Shown: one piece after another, positions 19,942 through 29,268 of the stretch
Layout of the letters: each line of letters starts with the position of its first letter
Numbering within the stretch: the stretch's first letter is position 1
Assembly (NCBI GenBank): GCA_963715985.1
Contig: CAVQSP010000014.1
Span: 384,001 to 448,000 of the forward strand
Reading direction: 5' to 3'
DNA: 64,000 nucleotides
DNA from: an uncultured Thermoleophilia bacterium
Lineage (GTDB): Bacteria > Actinomycetota > Thermoleophilia > UBA2241
Notes under the pieces: model-generated
Told to the model about the DNA's origin: nothing
What the model saw: the letters and a program-made list of their open reading frames with translations, nothing else
The model's database searches: none
Program-made: the position numbers and the translations under genes

Positions 19942-21082
19942 CTACGTGTGCGCCACGTCCACGAGCGCCGCCACGAGCTCCGCCGCCGACTCCTGCAGCG
20001 CCGGGATGACGTGACTGTAGCGGTCCATCGTCATGGCGATGTTCGCGTGCCCGAGCCGCTCCTGCACGACCTTGGGATGGATGCCGGCGCCGAGCGCCAT
20101 GCGTCGCCCAGCCGTGACGCAGATCGTGAAGCCGGATGCTCGGCACGCCCGCGGCCTTCACCGCTTGGCGGAAGAGGTCGGTGATCCTGTCGGGATGCCA
20201 GGGCTCGCCGTCCTCGCGGGTGAAGACGTGCCCGGTGGCCGTCCAGGCATCGGCCCACTCTACGGCGTCCTCGAGCTGCTGGTCTCTCTGCCGCTGCAGG
20301 GCCGACACCGTGGCCGCGTCGATGGCGACGGAGCGGCCCCTGTCGGTCTTCGTGGGACGTTCCATGACCTCGTAGTTCGTCGTCACACGCTGCCGCTGGA
20401 TGGCGAGACGCCCGGAGGCCAAATCAACGTCGGCCCACCGCAGTCCGAGTGCTTCCCCGCGACGCAGCCCGGTCATCGCCAGGAGCCGCCACAGAGGGCT
20501 CAGGCGGTCATCCTTCGTGGCCCGCAGGAACGTGGCCAGCTCATCACGCGACCACGTGTTGAGCTCCGGCATACGGACCTTGGGACGAGTGACGCCGTGG
20601 GCCGGGTTCGTGCGCAGGAGTCCCGCCTTCACCGCGTCCCCGAGCGCATGGTGCAGGACGACGAGGACCGCGCGCCGACTGGCAGGGGAGAGGATGCTGC
20701 CGCGGACGCTGGTCTCGCTGGCCAGCTTGGCCGCCATCACGCTTACGTCGTTGCGGGTGAGCTTCTGCAGCGGGATCGTGCCGATGTGGGCGCTGATGCG
20801 CTTCACGTGCAGCTTGTAGGCGTGCAGGGTGTTCGGTGACAGGTTCTCAGCGCCCAGCGCGGGCAGCCAGCGCGCCTGCAGGTAGTCACTCAGGGACAGG
20901 TCCACCGGGGCGACGTAGTCGCCTCTCTCGCGGTCCCTGAGCGCGTCGTGCATCGCCTTCTCTGCCGCTTTCTTCGCCGTGTACTTCTCGGGCAGCATCT
21001 CCTGCCGGCGTCGACCGTCGACCGGCTCGAGCTCGAGCAGGATGCGCCAGTAGCCGCGCAGATTGCGGACGTGGCCGGTCAT
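19942..21082 (-). CDS. int: Tyrosine recombinase/integrase (frameshift near 20100)
   Basis: TGLRRGEALGLRW and HDLRH motifs; the shifted frame continues GIHPKVVQERLGHANIAMTMDRYSHV. Confidence 0.95.
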
Positions 21083-21420
21083 GAGTCGCCCTCCTCGATG
21101 GCCTCGCCGTCGATGACGTCATCTAGCGCGGCCCCCCTAGCAGCGCGCGCGGCCTTGCGAGACGCGGCATCCCACGGCGGCTCACGGTTGAGACGCGCGA
21201 GCGCGTCCCACACGGGCTGCCAGTAGTCGACGTGCCGGTACTGGTCGCGCAGCTTGGTCAGCTCGGCGCGGACGTGGTCCTTCTCGCGGTAGACGAGGTC
21301 CATGACCTCACGTATCTCCGGAGACTCGGCGGCCCGTGCGTCGTCCTGCTCGACGCGGACCCGGAAGGGCTCGGCGATGTCGTCGACAGCATCCCGGTAG
21401 CCGCGTTCGTACTCCTTCAT
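21079..21420 (-). CDS. Hypothetical protein, translationally coupled to int
   Basis: 113-aa ORF with SD GGAGG and ATGA overlaps on both sides. Confidence 0.7.
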   Translation of the reverse strand: MKEYERGYRDAVDDIAEPFRVRVEQDDARAAESPEIREVMDLVYREKDHVRAELTKLRDQYRHVDYWQPVWDALARLNREPPWDAASRKAARAARGAALDDVIDGEAIEEGDS

Positions 21421-22016
21421 GGTGTGCCTCCACTCTTCGGCTTCATCTCAGGGAACCGCTCCCACGCCTTCTGCAGCCGGCGCCACACCGTCGACTGGTC
21501 GACCTCCAGACGTGCTGCGGCTACTTCACGCGGGCGCGCGTAGCCCTGCGCGACCGCCTGCCGGTACACCTCCGCCGTCTGCCGTAGTTCGTCGTCGTCG
21601 AGTCCCCTGCGACCGCGGCGCACGGTGAGCGACTTCACTGTGGCGCCCATCGCCTCGCCGGCCGTCGGCCAGTCACCGAAGCGCAGGTTGAGCCAGTCCC
21701 ACTCCGCGACCCCGGCGACCGCGTCGCGAATGAAGGTCATGACGTTGGCCCACGGGAACACGCGCAGCATCGACTTCGTGACCTCGTGCTCCTCGCCGCC
21801 GTCTGGGGCGCCGAAGCGCAGGCCCGTGCAGATGAGGCGCCCCGACTGCTGCCGCCCGAGACGCACCTCTACGCGGCAGGGGAGGTCGCCGCCGTCCAGC
21901 GCGATCCAGCGCTCCTCGGGTACGTCCGGGTCCGGCTCCGCGACCATGTCGACGCGGTACTTCGGCAACTCCGTTGCATCGTATCCAGCCACCTTCTGCA
22001 GCCTCCTTGCAATCAT
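21417..22016 (-). CDS. DUF6214-like DNA-binding regulator with C-terminal HTH (probable repressor)
   Basis: RRGRRG...LRQTAEVYRQAV..G..RPREVAAARLEVDQSTVWRRL; divergent from the XRE gene. Start uncertain. Confidence 0.6.
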   Translation of the reverse strand: MIARRLQKVAGYDATELPKYRVDMVAEPDPDVPEERWIALDGGDLPCRVEVRLGRQQSGRLICTGLRFGAPDGGEEHEVTKSMLRVFPWANVMTFIRDAVAGVAEWDWLNLRFGDWPTAGEAMGATVKSLTVRRGRRGLDDDELRQTAEVYRQAVAQGYARPREVAAARLEVDQSTVWRRLQKAWERFPEMKPKSGGTP

Positions 22017-22065
22017 GGTTGACTGCAAGAGTACCACTACCTGTACCGCTGGACAAGGAGGCACC

Positions 22066-22281
22066 GTGTTTGAACTGACCCGCCAACGTGAGGCGTTCGG
22101 CTGGAGCAGGCGCGAGCTGGGCGCCCGCGCCGACGTGCACCCGAACCGCGTCGGCGCCATCGAGAACGACCGCGTCAGGCCCTACCCGCCCGAGCTCGAG
22201 CGCCTCGCCCGCGCCCTCGGCTACCACGGCGACCCCGCGGACCTGCTGCGCGAGGTAGAAGTCAATGCGCCCCCCGCCTGA
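22066..22281 (+). CDS. XRE-family HTH regulator (Cro-like)
   Basis: SD AAGGAGG plus GTG; REAFGWSRRELGARADVHPNRVGAIEND...ERLARAL. Confidence 0.85.
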   Translation: MFELTRQREAFGWSRRELGARADVHPNRVGAIENDRVRPYPPELERLARALGYHGDPADLLREVEVNAPPA

Positions 22282-22471
22282 GCCCCTCACCGTCGACGAC
22301 CTGCGCCGCCGGCCGACGATCACCGTGACCGAGTACGCCGCTTTCATCGGCGTGAGCAAGGACACGGCCTATGAGGCCGCGGCCAGGGGCGAGCTGCGCG
22401 TACTGCATCTCGGCCGGCGCGTGCTCGTGCCGACGGCGCCGGTGCTCGAGGAGCTCGGGTACACGCCGTGA
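22265..22471 (+). CDS. xis: Excisionase-family HTH protein
   Basis: TITVTEYAAFIGVSKDTAYEAAARGEL..LHLGRRVLVP. Confidence 0.85.
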   Translation: MRPPPEPLTVDDLRRRPTITVTEYAAFIGVSKDTAYEAAARGELRVLHLGRRVLVPTAPVLEELGYTP

Positions 22472-22716
22472 GCGGCCGGTACGGTTTCCCCGCCTTCACC
22501 GACGAAGAGAAGGCCCGGCTCCGCGAGTGCCTGCCCACCGAAAGAGACGTCATGCTGGGCTGGGCCATGCCGCTGCTCTCCAAGTCGCCGCTTGAGCGGC
22601 GCGTACTCGTGGCCGCACAGATCGAAGTCCTCGACGGCATCAACGAGGACCCGGCGGGCTGGTGTGCCCGTGCCCTGGAGCTGGCCAGAGCGGAGGCCCA
22701 CCGCGATGCCCACTGA
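22468..22716 (+). CDS. Hypothetical protein
   Basis: 82-aa ORF overlapping both neighbours in the early operon. Confidence 0.6.
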   Translation: MSGRYGFPAFTDEEKARLRECLPTERDVMLGWAMPLLSKSPLERRVLVAAQIEVLDGINEDPAGWCARALELARAEAHRDAH

Positions 22717-23808
22717 CGAGGACGTCGACGCCGCGCGCCGCGTGTTGGAGATGATGGAGGAGCGCGCCGCGCTGCGCGCCGGTGACAACGGCGACAACGG
22801 CGACGGCGACAACGGTACCGGAGACGACGGTTACGACCTCACGCCCCTGGACTGGCCGGCACTCCTGCGCGACGGCGTACCCGAAGTCGAGTACATCAGC
22901 GAGCCCTACCTGCCCCGAGCGCGCCCGCATCTGGGTGTGGGGCCAGACCGGCTCGATGAAGTCGCTGTGGTGCGAGCACGAGGCCGCGAGCCTGTCGCGT
23001 GAGGGCGTGCGCGTCTCCTACTTCGCCGAGGAGAACCCCATCGGCGAGGAGCTGCGCCGGCTGGCGAAGCTGCAGCCGGACCCGGCGCACTTCCGCCTCT
23101 TCCACAGGACGGGGATGGACCTCACCGATGAACGCTGGGTGGTCGCCCTGCTGGGCGCGACCAGGGGCGATGACATCATCTTCCTCGACAGCTGGACCGA
23201 CCTGTGGGGCGGCAACGAGGACGCCAACCGCGAGGTGCAGCAGTTCGACGCCGCCGTGCTCAAGCCGCTGCAACGGCAGGGCGTGACGCCGGTCGTGATC
23301 CACCACATGGGGCACCGCTACATGTTCAGCGACCGCGGCGGCGCCACCGGCGGACGCGGCGCCTCCTCACTGGGGCAGAAGGCCGACGTGACTCTGGAGT
23401 TCAAGAGTGCCGGTGACGACCTCTTCACCATCGTCTACGGCAAGTGCCGCATCGGCGGCATCCACCAGCCGCCGCGCAGTTTCAAGGTGGAAGACACCGA
23501 CGACGGGCGCGTGCGAGATCGTCGAGTGCGAGTCGCTCGAGGACCGCGCCGTCGCGGAGCTGGCCGAGAAGGCGGCGCAGGCGATATTGACGGCGCCGCG
23601 CGGCTACCTCACCACCAACGAGCTGCGCGTCGCCGCGGGCGGCGGCAGGAACCACCAAGCGGCCGCCTGGGCCATCCTCGAAGACGACGCACGAGTGTGT
23701 ACGGGCGTCGAGAAGGTGCAGGCGGGGGACGGCAAGTGGCGGGACTGCAAAGTATGGCGCCCCGCGGCGCACTTGGGGTCGCACTTGAGTCTTGAAGGCT
23801 TGTCTTGA
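22706..23808 (+). CDS. RepA-like AAA_25/RecA-family replicative helicase (two frameshifts)
   Basis: Walker A GQTGSMKS, Walker B IIFLDS, VVIHHMG, GRGASSL, GKCR; C-terminal wHTH-like segment. Confidence 0.8.
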
Positions 23809-23945
23809 CGCCGACGGTGACGCAAGTGATTGAAGTGCGCCCCGACGCCTATATAGGCGTGTCGTCGGGGCGCACTTGGACCACTTCGCAAGTCTCACCG
23901 TCCAACCGCGCCCCAGAGACGCGGGGCGCACTTGGGGCGTACTTG
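23767..23945. repeat. Putative replication origin: iterons and nested palindrome
   Basis: (G/T)CG(C/T)ACTTG at 23767, 23779, 23870, 23926 and 23937; 15-bp IR 23833-23847/23863-23877 around the palindrome ACGCCTATATAGGCGT. Confidence 0.7.
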
Positions 23946-23971
23946 ACCCGAAAGCCGCGGGAGCGAGCACT

Positions 23972-24379
23972 GTGACCCCCGGCAACTACCTCCGCGCGCT
24001 CCTCAAGGTCGCGCCGGAGCTCCCCGCCGGCTTCGTCGTGATCGACGTCCTGCACGACTCGTGGTGTGCGCACTGGCGCGGCCGTCCCTGCGACTGCGAC
24101 CCGGAGCTCGTGGTGCATCGTGAGGAGTCCGACGATGACCACGCTGACGCCTCTCCGCGCCTGACTCTCGTCTGGAGCCGCGGCGGCAGCGCCAACGTCA
24201 CCGCTGCCGGCCGCGCGCGCCCCTGCCACATCTCCGACCTCGAGCGGCCCGCCGGTCGCTTTCTCTGTGACGGCTGCCGCCACCAACTGTTCATCGACGG
24301 CGGCAGCCACGTCGCCTGCACCTCACCCTCGCGCATCTTCACCCCCCATGGCCCCCGCCACGGCCACGCTGCCCCCTGA
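23972..24379 (+). CDS. Cys/His-rich hypothetical protein (may be two small genes fused by an indel)
   Basis: HDSWC...CDCDP and CDGC motifs; GTG start after GGGAG. Confidence 0.5.
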   Translation: MTPGNYLRALLKVAPELPAGFVVIDVLHDSWCAHWRGRPCDCDPELVVHREESDDDHADASPRLTLVWSRGGSANVTAAGRARPCHISDLERPAGRFLCDGCRHQLFIDGGSHVACTSPSRIFTPHGPRHGHAAP

Positions 24380-24689
24380 CCGCGCCCTCTCCCTACGCGC
24401 CACGGCGAAGCTGCTCGGCTGCTCGCCGTCGACCGTGCGGCGCCTCGAGTGCGTGGCGTTGGCGAAGATCGCGGCGGGGTTGCGACGTGGTCCGTCGTCC
24501 AACGCTGGACAACGGGAGATGGAGCGGGGACAGCCATATCCGGGCAGTGCAACCACGTCCGACGTTGGACATGGTTCTGCCTACGCCGTCGCGCTCGCCG
24601 AGACGGGCCATGACGCCGAGCTGCGCTACCTCGCCCGCCTCATGGCCTGCCCCTGGGGCGAGTACCCGGACGCCGAGCCGCCGTCGTGA
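24348..24689 (+). CDS. Sigma-70 region-4-like HTH protein (possible late-gene activator)
   Basis: LSLRATAKLLGCSPSTVRRLECVALAKI. Confidence 0.6.
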   Translation: MAPATATLPPDRALSLRATAKLLGCSPSTVRRLECVALAKIAAGLRRGPSSNAGQREMERGQPYPGSATTSDVGHGSAYAVALAETGHDAELRYLARLMACPWGEYPDAEPPS

Positions 24690-24954
24690 CACACCCTGCG
24701 TACAATGGTAGTGAGGCACCGGCGCGCGTGGCGGCGCTGTCAGGTGCCCTCGTCCCGTCCGCTTCGGCGGACGGTGCTCTTCAGCCAGCGCGGGGCTGCC
24801 TTCGGGCGTGGCCGCGACCGGCGAGCCGACGCTGCCGGTTCCAAAGTGCGACGGCGCCCAGGCGCCCGGCGGCATCGCGACCGCCGATGTGGCAAGGGTC
24901 CGGCCCACCTCGCCTGAAACGGGCCACTACCAGGCAATCGACAGGAGGGCGACC

Positions 24955-25281
24955 ATGAAGACGAACACCGACGCCGCCGCCTTCTTCGCGACCATGGACG
25001 ACGAGCTCGCCGCCGCCGGCCTGCACCTGCTCGGTGAGCTGGCCGTGCGCCGCCCGCTGGACGACCGCGACCGCCTGCTCGTGGCCTCCGTCGTCACCGA
25101 GCTGGGCGCCGTCCGCGACGGCCTCCGCGTGGCCGAAGCCCTGGCCCGCCTGCGGCGCTTCATCGCGCAGCTCGGGCTGACCATCTTCGACCTGCCGGCG
25201 CTCTCCCTGGGCCGCAGCGACCTCGCCGCCGTGGTGGCGCCGCTGCTACCGATGCCGACCACGGCCGGGATGATGAACTGA
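24955..25281 (+). CDS. Hypothetical protein upstream of the capsid gene
   Basis: SD AGGAGG plus ATG; 108-aa helical ORF. Confidence 0.7.
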   Translation: MKTNTDAAAFFATMDDELAAAGLHLLGELAVRRPLDDRDRLLVASVVTELGAVRDGLRVAEALARLRRFIAQLGLTIFDLPALSLGRSDLAAVVAPLLPMPTTAGMMN

Positions 25282-25443
25282 CAACCGGAGCCCGTGGCTC
25301 CGTAACCGCGTCACCTGCACCACGACCGCCACGGCGGCCGGCCTGGGCTGCTCGCTGACCAGCGCGAGCACTCAGCGCCACCGCTGCCGGAGTTGCCGGA
25401 CACGCGACGCCGATCAGCCACCTTACTGAGAGGCAGCAGCACC

Positions 25444-26652
25444 ATGAGTATCAAGGACCTGCACCAGCAATACCTGGCGGCGGTTAAGACTGCCCGTGAT
25501 CCCTCGCTCAGCCGCGAGGCCCGCGCCTGCGCCGAGGAAGCGCTCGTGGAAGCGCGGCGCCAGCTCGACCTCGGCCTCATGCATGACGCCCAGGAGCGCG
25601 AGCACGTCGCCGACGACGACGCCAAGCAGCGTGCCCTCGCCATCCTCGACGGCAGCGTGCCCGCCGCCGACAGCGACGAGCTGCGCGAGTTCTACCGCCC
25701 GGTCGACCCCTCGCGGCCGATGCAGCAGTACATCAGCGTGCCGCTCGATCTGCGTCACCTGGAGAAGCGCGTCGAGTACCCGCTGGCCCTGGGCGACACC
25801 ACGTACACGTTCGGCAACTACGGCGTCGGCAGCACCGTCGCCAGCGCCATGATGACCGGCCTGACCGGGCAGAGCGCGATCCTCGAGGCCGGCCCCAAGG
25901 TGTTCCGCACGCCGACCGCGGAGCCGCTCGTCGTGCCGACCGCCACCGACATCGTCGCCGGCTACCGTGCCGAGGGTGTCACGGCCGCGGAAGACACCGT
26001 GGTGCTGAGCAAGCTCACGCTGTCGGGGTTCCACCTCGCCGGGTACACGGAAGTCACGTCAGAGTTCGAGGGCAGCGCCCTCAACGGCGGCGGCCCCGCC
26101 TTCGTCAGCGAGCTCTGTGGCCGCAGCCTGGGCGTCAAGCTCGCCACCGAGCTGGCCGTGGGCACCGACGCGAGTGACACGATCTGCGGCGCCTTCACCG
26201 CGCCGACTGTCGGCGTCACTGCCGTGGCGAGTACGAGCTTCTCCGCCCAGGAGCTTCGTGCCCTGCGTCAGAGCGTTCCCCCGGCCGCGAGGCGCAAGGG
26301 CGTCTGGGTGTTCAGTGACGCGGCCATGGCCCACGCCCTGCAGCTCATCGACGACAACGGCAACTTCATGATCCAGCCGGGCATCAACGGCGACGGCGCC
26401 GATACCCTGTGGGGGCAGAAGTGCCTGTGCGATCCCTACGGCCCTGCTCTGACAGCTTCAAAGCACGTCGTCTTGTATGGCGACTTCAGCAACGCCTTCG
26501 TCGTGCGCTTCGTGGGCAACCTCGAAGTCACGCGCAGCGACCAGGCCGGGCTCACCGAGTTCGTTTCTTGGATCTCCGTGTACCGGTATCAAGTCACCGT
26601 CGATTCGGGGTACGTCACGAGTGACGTGCGCTCGCTGAAGATGCTGCCGTAA
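25444..26652 (+). CDS. HK97-fold phage major capsid protein with N-terminal coiled-coil (delta/scaffold) region
   Basis: EG..A.E...LSKLTL...LAGYTEVTSE, GTD...I.G, GVWVFSD, IDDNGNFMIQPG...DTLWG, VLYGDFS and V.YR...VDS HK97-family motifs. Confidence 0.85.
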   Translation: MSIKDLHQQYLAAVKTARDPSLSREARACAEEALVEARRQLDLGLMHDAQEREHVADDDAKQRALAILDGSVPAADSDELREFYRPVDPSRPMQQYISVPLDLRHLEKRVEYPLALGDTTYTFGNYGVGSTVASAMMTGLTGQSAILEAGPKVFRTPTAEPLVVPTATDIVAGYRAEGVTAAEDTVVLSKLTLSGFHLAGYTEVTSEFEGSALNGGGPAFVSELCGRSLGVKLATELAVGTDASDTICGAFTAPTVGVTAVASTSFSAQELRALRQSVPPAARRKGVWVFSDAAMAHALQLIDDNGNFMIQPGINGDGADTLWGQKCLCDPYGPALTASKHVVLYGDFSNAFVVRFVGNLEVTRSDQAGLTEFVSWISVYRYQVTVDSGYVTSDVRSLKMLP

Positions 26653-26726
26653 GCCTGATCTACTGACCACGTGCCCGCTGTCGACCCTTCAGCGGCGGCG
26701 GGCACTCCACCATCAGTGAGGACGCC

Positions 26727-26855
26727 GTGAGCGACGACGAGGACGAGCGCATCCGCGAGGCCGTGCGCCGACTCATCGACGACGACGAGGCGACGGTCGA
26801 GCTGCTGGTGTGGTGCGTGCTGGCGAGCGAGACGATGAAGGAGCAGATGCCGTGA
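26727..26855 (+). CDS. Small acidic hypothetical protein (42 aa)
   Basis: GAGG SD plus GTG; stop overlaps the HNH start. Confidence 0.5.
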   Translation: MSDDEDERIREAVRRLIDDDEATVELLVWCVLASETMKEQMP

Positions 26856-27209
26856 GTCCGTGGGCACCGAAGGCACCGTGTCGGGTATGTCACCGTGTCG
26901 GCTGCGTCGACCCGAGTCACAAGCGCAAGCCCTTCGCATGCGGCTGCCCCTCGTCGTGAGAGCAGACCGGGATGGGATGCCGACCGCAAGCGCAGGCGTG
27001 CCGTGGTCGAAGCGTGGCGCGCACGAGTACGGCGACGTCTGCCCACGCTGCCGCAGGACGGGCGTCAAGCTGACTGCCGACCACCTGCACCGGTGGCCCT
27101 CGGCGGCGCGGAGGACGGACCGCTCTCCGTGCTGTGCATCGACTGCCAGCGATCACAGGGAGCGCGCGTCGCCAACGCGCGACGGCGGCCCCCGGAGTCT
27201 AGGAATTGA
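26852..27209 (+). CDS. HNH endonuclease, gp74-like terminase partner (frameshifted)
   Basis: Reconstructed: SPWAPKAPCRVCHRVGC...CPRC...LTADH..PVALGG....LSVLCIDCQRSQG. Confidence 0.75.
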
Positions 27210-27302
27210 TCGCGGGGGTGAGGCCGGCGCATCCGGGGGTGGCACTGCTTGTGCGTCCGCAAAATGGCGAAGCCCGAACGCAATCATGAAAAGTGAGGCA
27301 CC

Positions 27303-27630
27303 ATGCCCCGCACTCGCAAACGCCCCGAGATACCGCGCCGACGGCCTCTCCGAGCGCGCCAGGCACTCTGGCACGCTGTCGTGCCAACGCGCGGAGTCTC
27401 GCCGGTCGCCTCGTCTCATCGGTGAAGCCTGCGCGCCTCGATCGCGCCGACGAGGCCGCGGCCATCGTCGACGCCGAGGGTATGAGCTTCACCACGGAGA
27501 CGACGAAGACCGTGCACCTGCACCGCTGGTCAAGGTCGAGCGCGAGCAGCGCCAGCTCTTCGCCAAGCTGTGGAGCAGCATGTGCCACCTGGAGTGGGAC
27601 TCGCAGACGGACGGCAGGGTGTGGGACTGA
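27303..27630 (+). CDS. P27-family terminase small subunit (frameshifted)
   Basis: Reconstructed: MPRTRKRPE..DGLSERA.ALWHAVV...LDRADEAAAIVDAEGM...HPLVKVEREQRQLFAKLW. Confidence 0.7.
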
Positions 27631-28002
27631 CGCCGGCCATGAGCGTGTTCTCCACCATCGCACACGTCGCCCTGGCCGCTGCGTCGCCGCCGCTGCGTCG
27701 TTCTGTTCTGGCCGCGGCGCCGTCACCGCTGAGCGCCGCTGCATCGTTACGCACGAGGCCCGCATAGAAGCGCCGAAAGCCAAGCCACTCCTACCTCCCG
27801 CGTGCTGCGAGCGCCTGAAACGGGCCCACAACGCGAACGGCGACCGTTAGCGCGGATCGCCGTTGCGGAGCTTTGGAAAGTTGGCGTCAGACTCTACACC
27901 GGGGGCGGGACGGCGGCGCCGTTGTGCGCCTGCAACGCGGAGACGCCCCCGCTCCTGCGAGGGCGCCTCCGTTTGTCCGCGTTCTGACAGCGGGCCGAAG
28001 TC

Positions 28003-28607
28003 TTACTGAGCGACCGTCGAAACGTCGAGCGTGCCGCTGAACGACTTGCCCGCGACGCTGACCGGGGCGTTCATCCAGCCAGAAAGACGATGCGCATGTT
28101 GCAGATCGTGTCCGCGATGATAGGCAGCGGGAAGACGTAGCCGGTGGTCGTCAGGTCCGTCAGCGTGCCTCAGCGACGAAGGCGTTTGACGTGGGCACCG
28201 CCAGGACCTCGAGTTCCCGCCGGGGCCGGTGGAGGCCCAGCCGAGCCGGTAGCGCACGTTGGCGAGGAGCTCGGGCTCCGGCGTGCCGGTGAGGGTCAGC
28301 TTCATGGTCGCGTGCAGCGGGTCGGTGCCCGACTGCGAGAAGCCCAGGTCGTTGCGCAGCGAGGTAGTCCAGAACTCCCAGTCGGTCGTGCCCATGACGG
28401 GGACGGCGCGCGGGAGCAGCGCATTGGCCCTGACGTTGGCGCCTTGTCCGTAGATCACGTCGAGGCCCGCAGGGGCCGCGCCGTGCTGCCCGTGAAGGGC
28501 ATCGGTAGGATGCCTGACCAGATCGCCAGGGCGACGGTCGCGACGCCGAGTGTGCCGGCGAACGCGAACGCGATCCGCAGGCGACGGTGTGTGAACAGTC
28601 TACGCAT
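28003..28607 (-). CDS. Satellite cargo: secreted/membrane-anchored beta-rich protein (frameshifted)
   Basis: SD GGAG; N-terminal basic-plus-hydrophobic segment MRRLFTHRRLRIAFAFAGTLGVATVALAIW; ends GKSFSGTLDVSTVAQ. Confidence 0.55.
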
Positions 28608-28665
28608 GGTGACTCATCTCCAGTGGAGCGTTGTCTTCTCACTCAGAGTGGATGCATGGCAGGCG

Positions 28666-28848
28666 TCACCGGCCCTTCTGGCGTCGTGTCCGGTCGAACG
28701 CGAGCACGTCGGCGGGGCGGAAGTAGATCCGGCAGCGGCCGACGTACATGCGGGGCAGGCGGGAGTCGTCGATAGCCTGGAGCTGGGCGTGCGTGAGCTG
28801 CAGACGTGCGGCAGCTTCAGCGAGCGTCAACATCCGGGGCTCGTACAT
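28666..28848 (-). CDS. Small MerR/Xis-like HTH protein
   Basis: MLTLAEAAARLQL...LPRMYVGRCRIYFRPADVLAF. Confidence 0.6.
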   Translation of the reverse strand: MYEPRMLTLAEAAARLQLTHAQLQAIDDSRLPRMYVGRCRIYFRPADVLAFDRTRRQKGR

Positions 28849-29268
28849 GCTGGCCCATCCCCCGCGCGTGTCTGCACCCTGGCGGGTGCTTGGGCGATGC
28901 CGGGGGGAGGGTGCCCCCGCGCAGAGGAGTGGACCACTGTCGAGGCGATACACACATGCGCGGAGGCATGGCAACTATACCGCCTCGACGGCCACACATG
29001 CGCGGGGGAACGAAAGATGGTCTACCCCTCCACGGTACCGCCTCGACGACTCCCTTCTACACCACAACAGGAGCCGACGCAAGAGGACAGGACGTTACAG
29101 GGCCCGACACGGGGGCCGGGGGCCGTCCTCCATCCGTCCTCTCACCTAGCGCCGAAGGCCCCTGAAACGCGCCGACAGGGGCAGACGACGCGGCCGACCG
29201 CGCCACCACTTAGCCTCAAACGAGCAGTTTCGGCCGACAGGCGCCGACCGTGCCGCCGTGCGTGCCTG

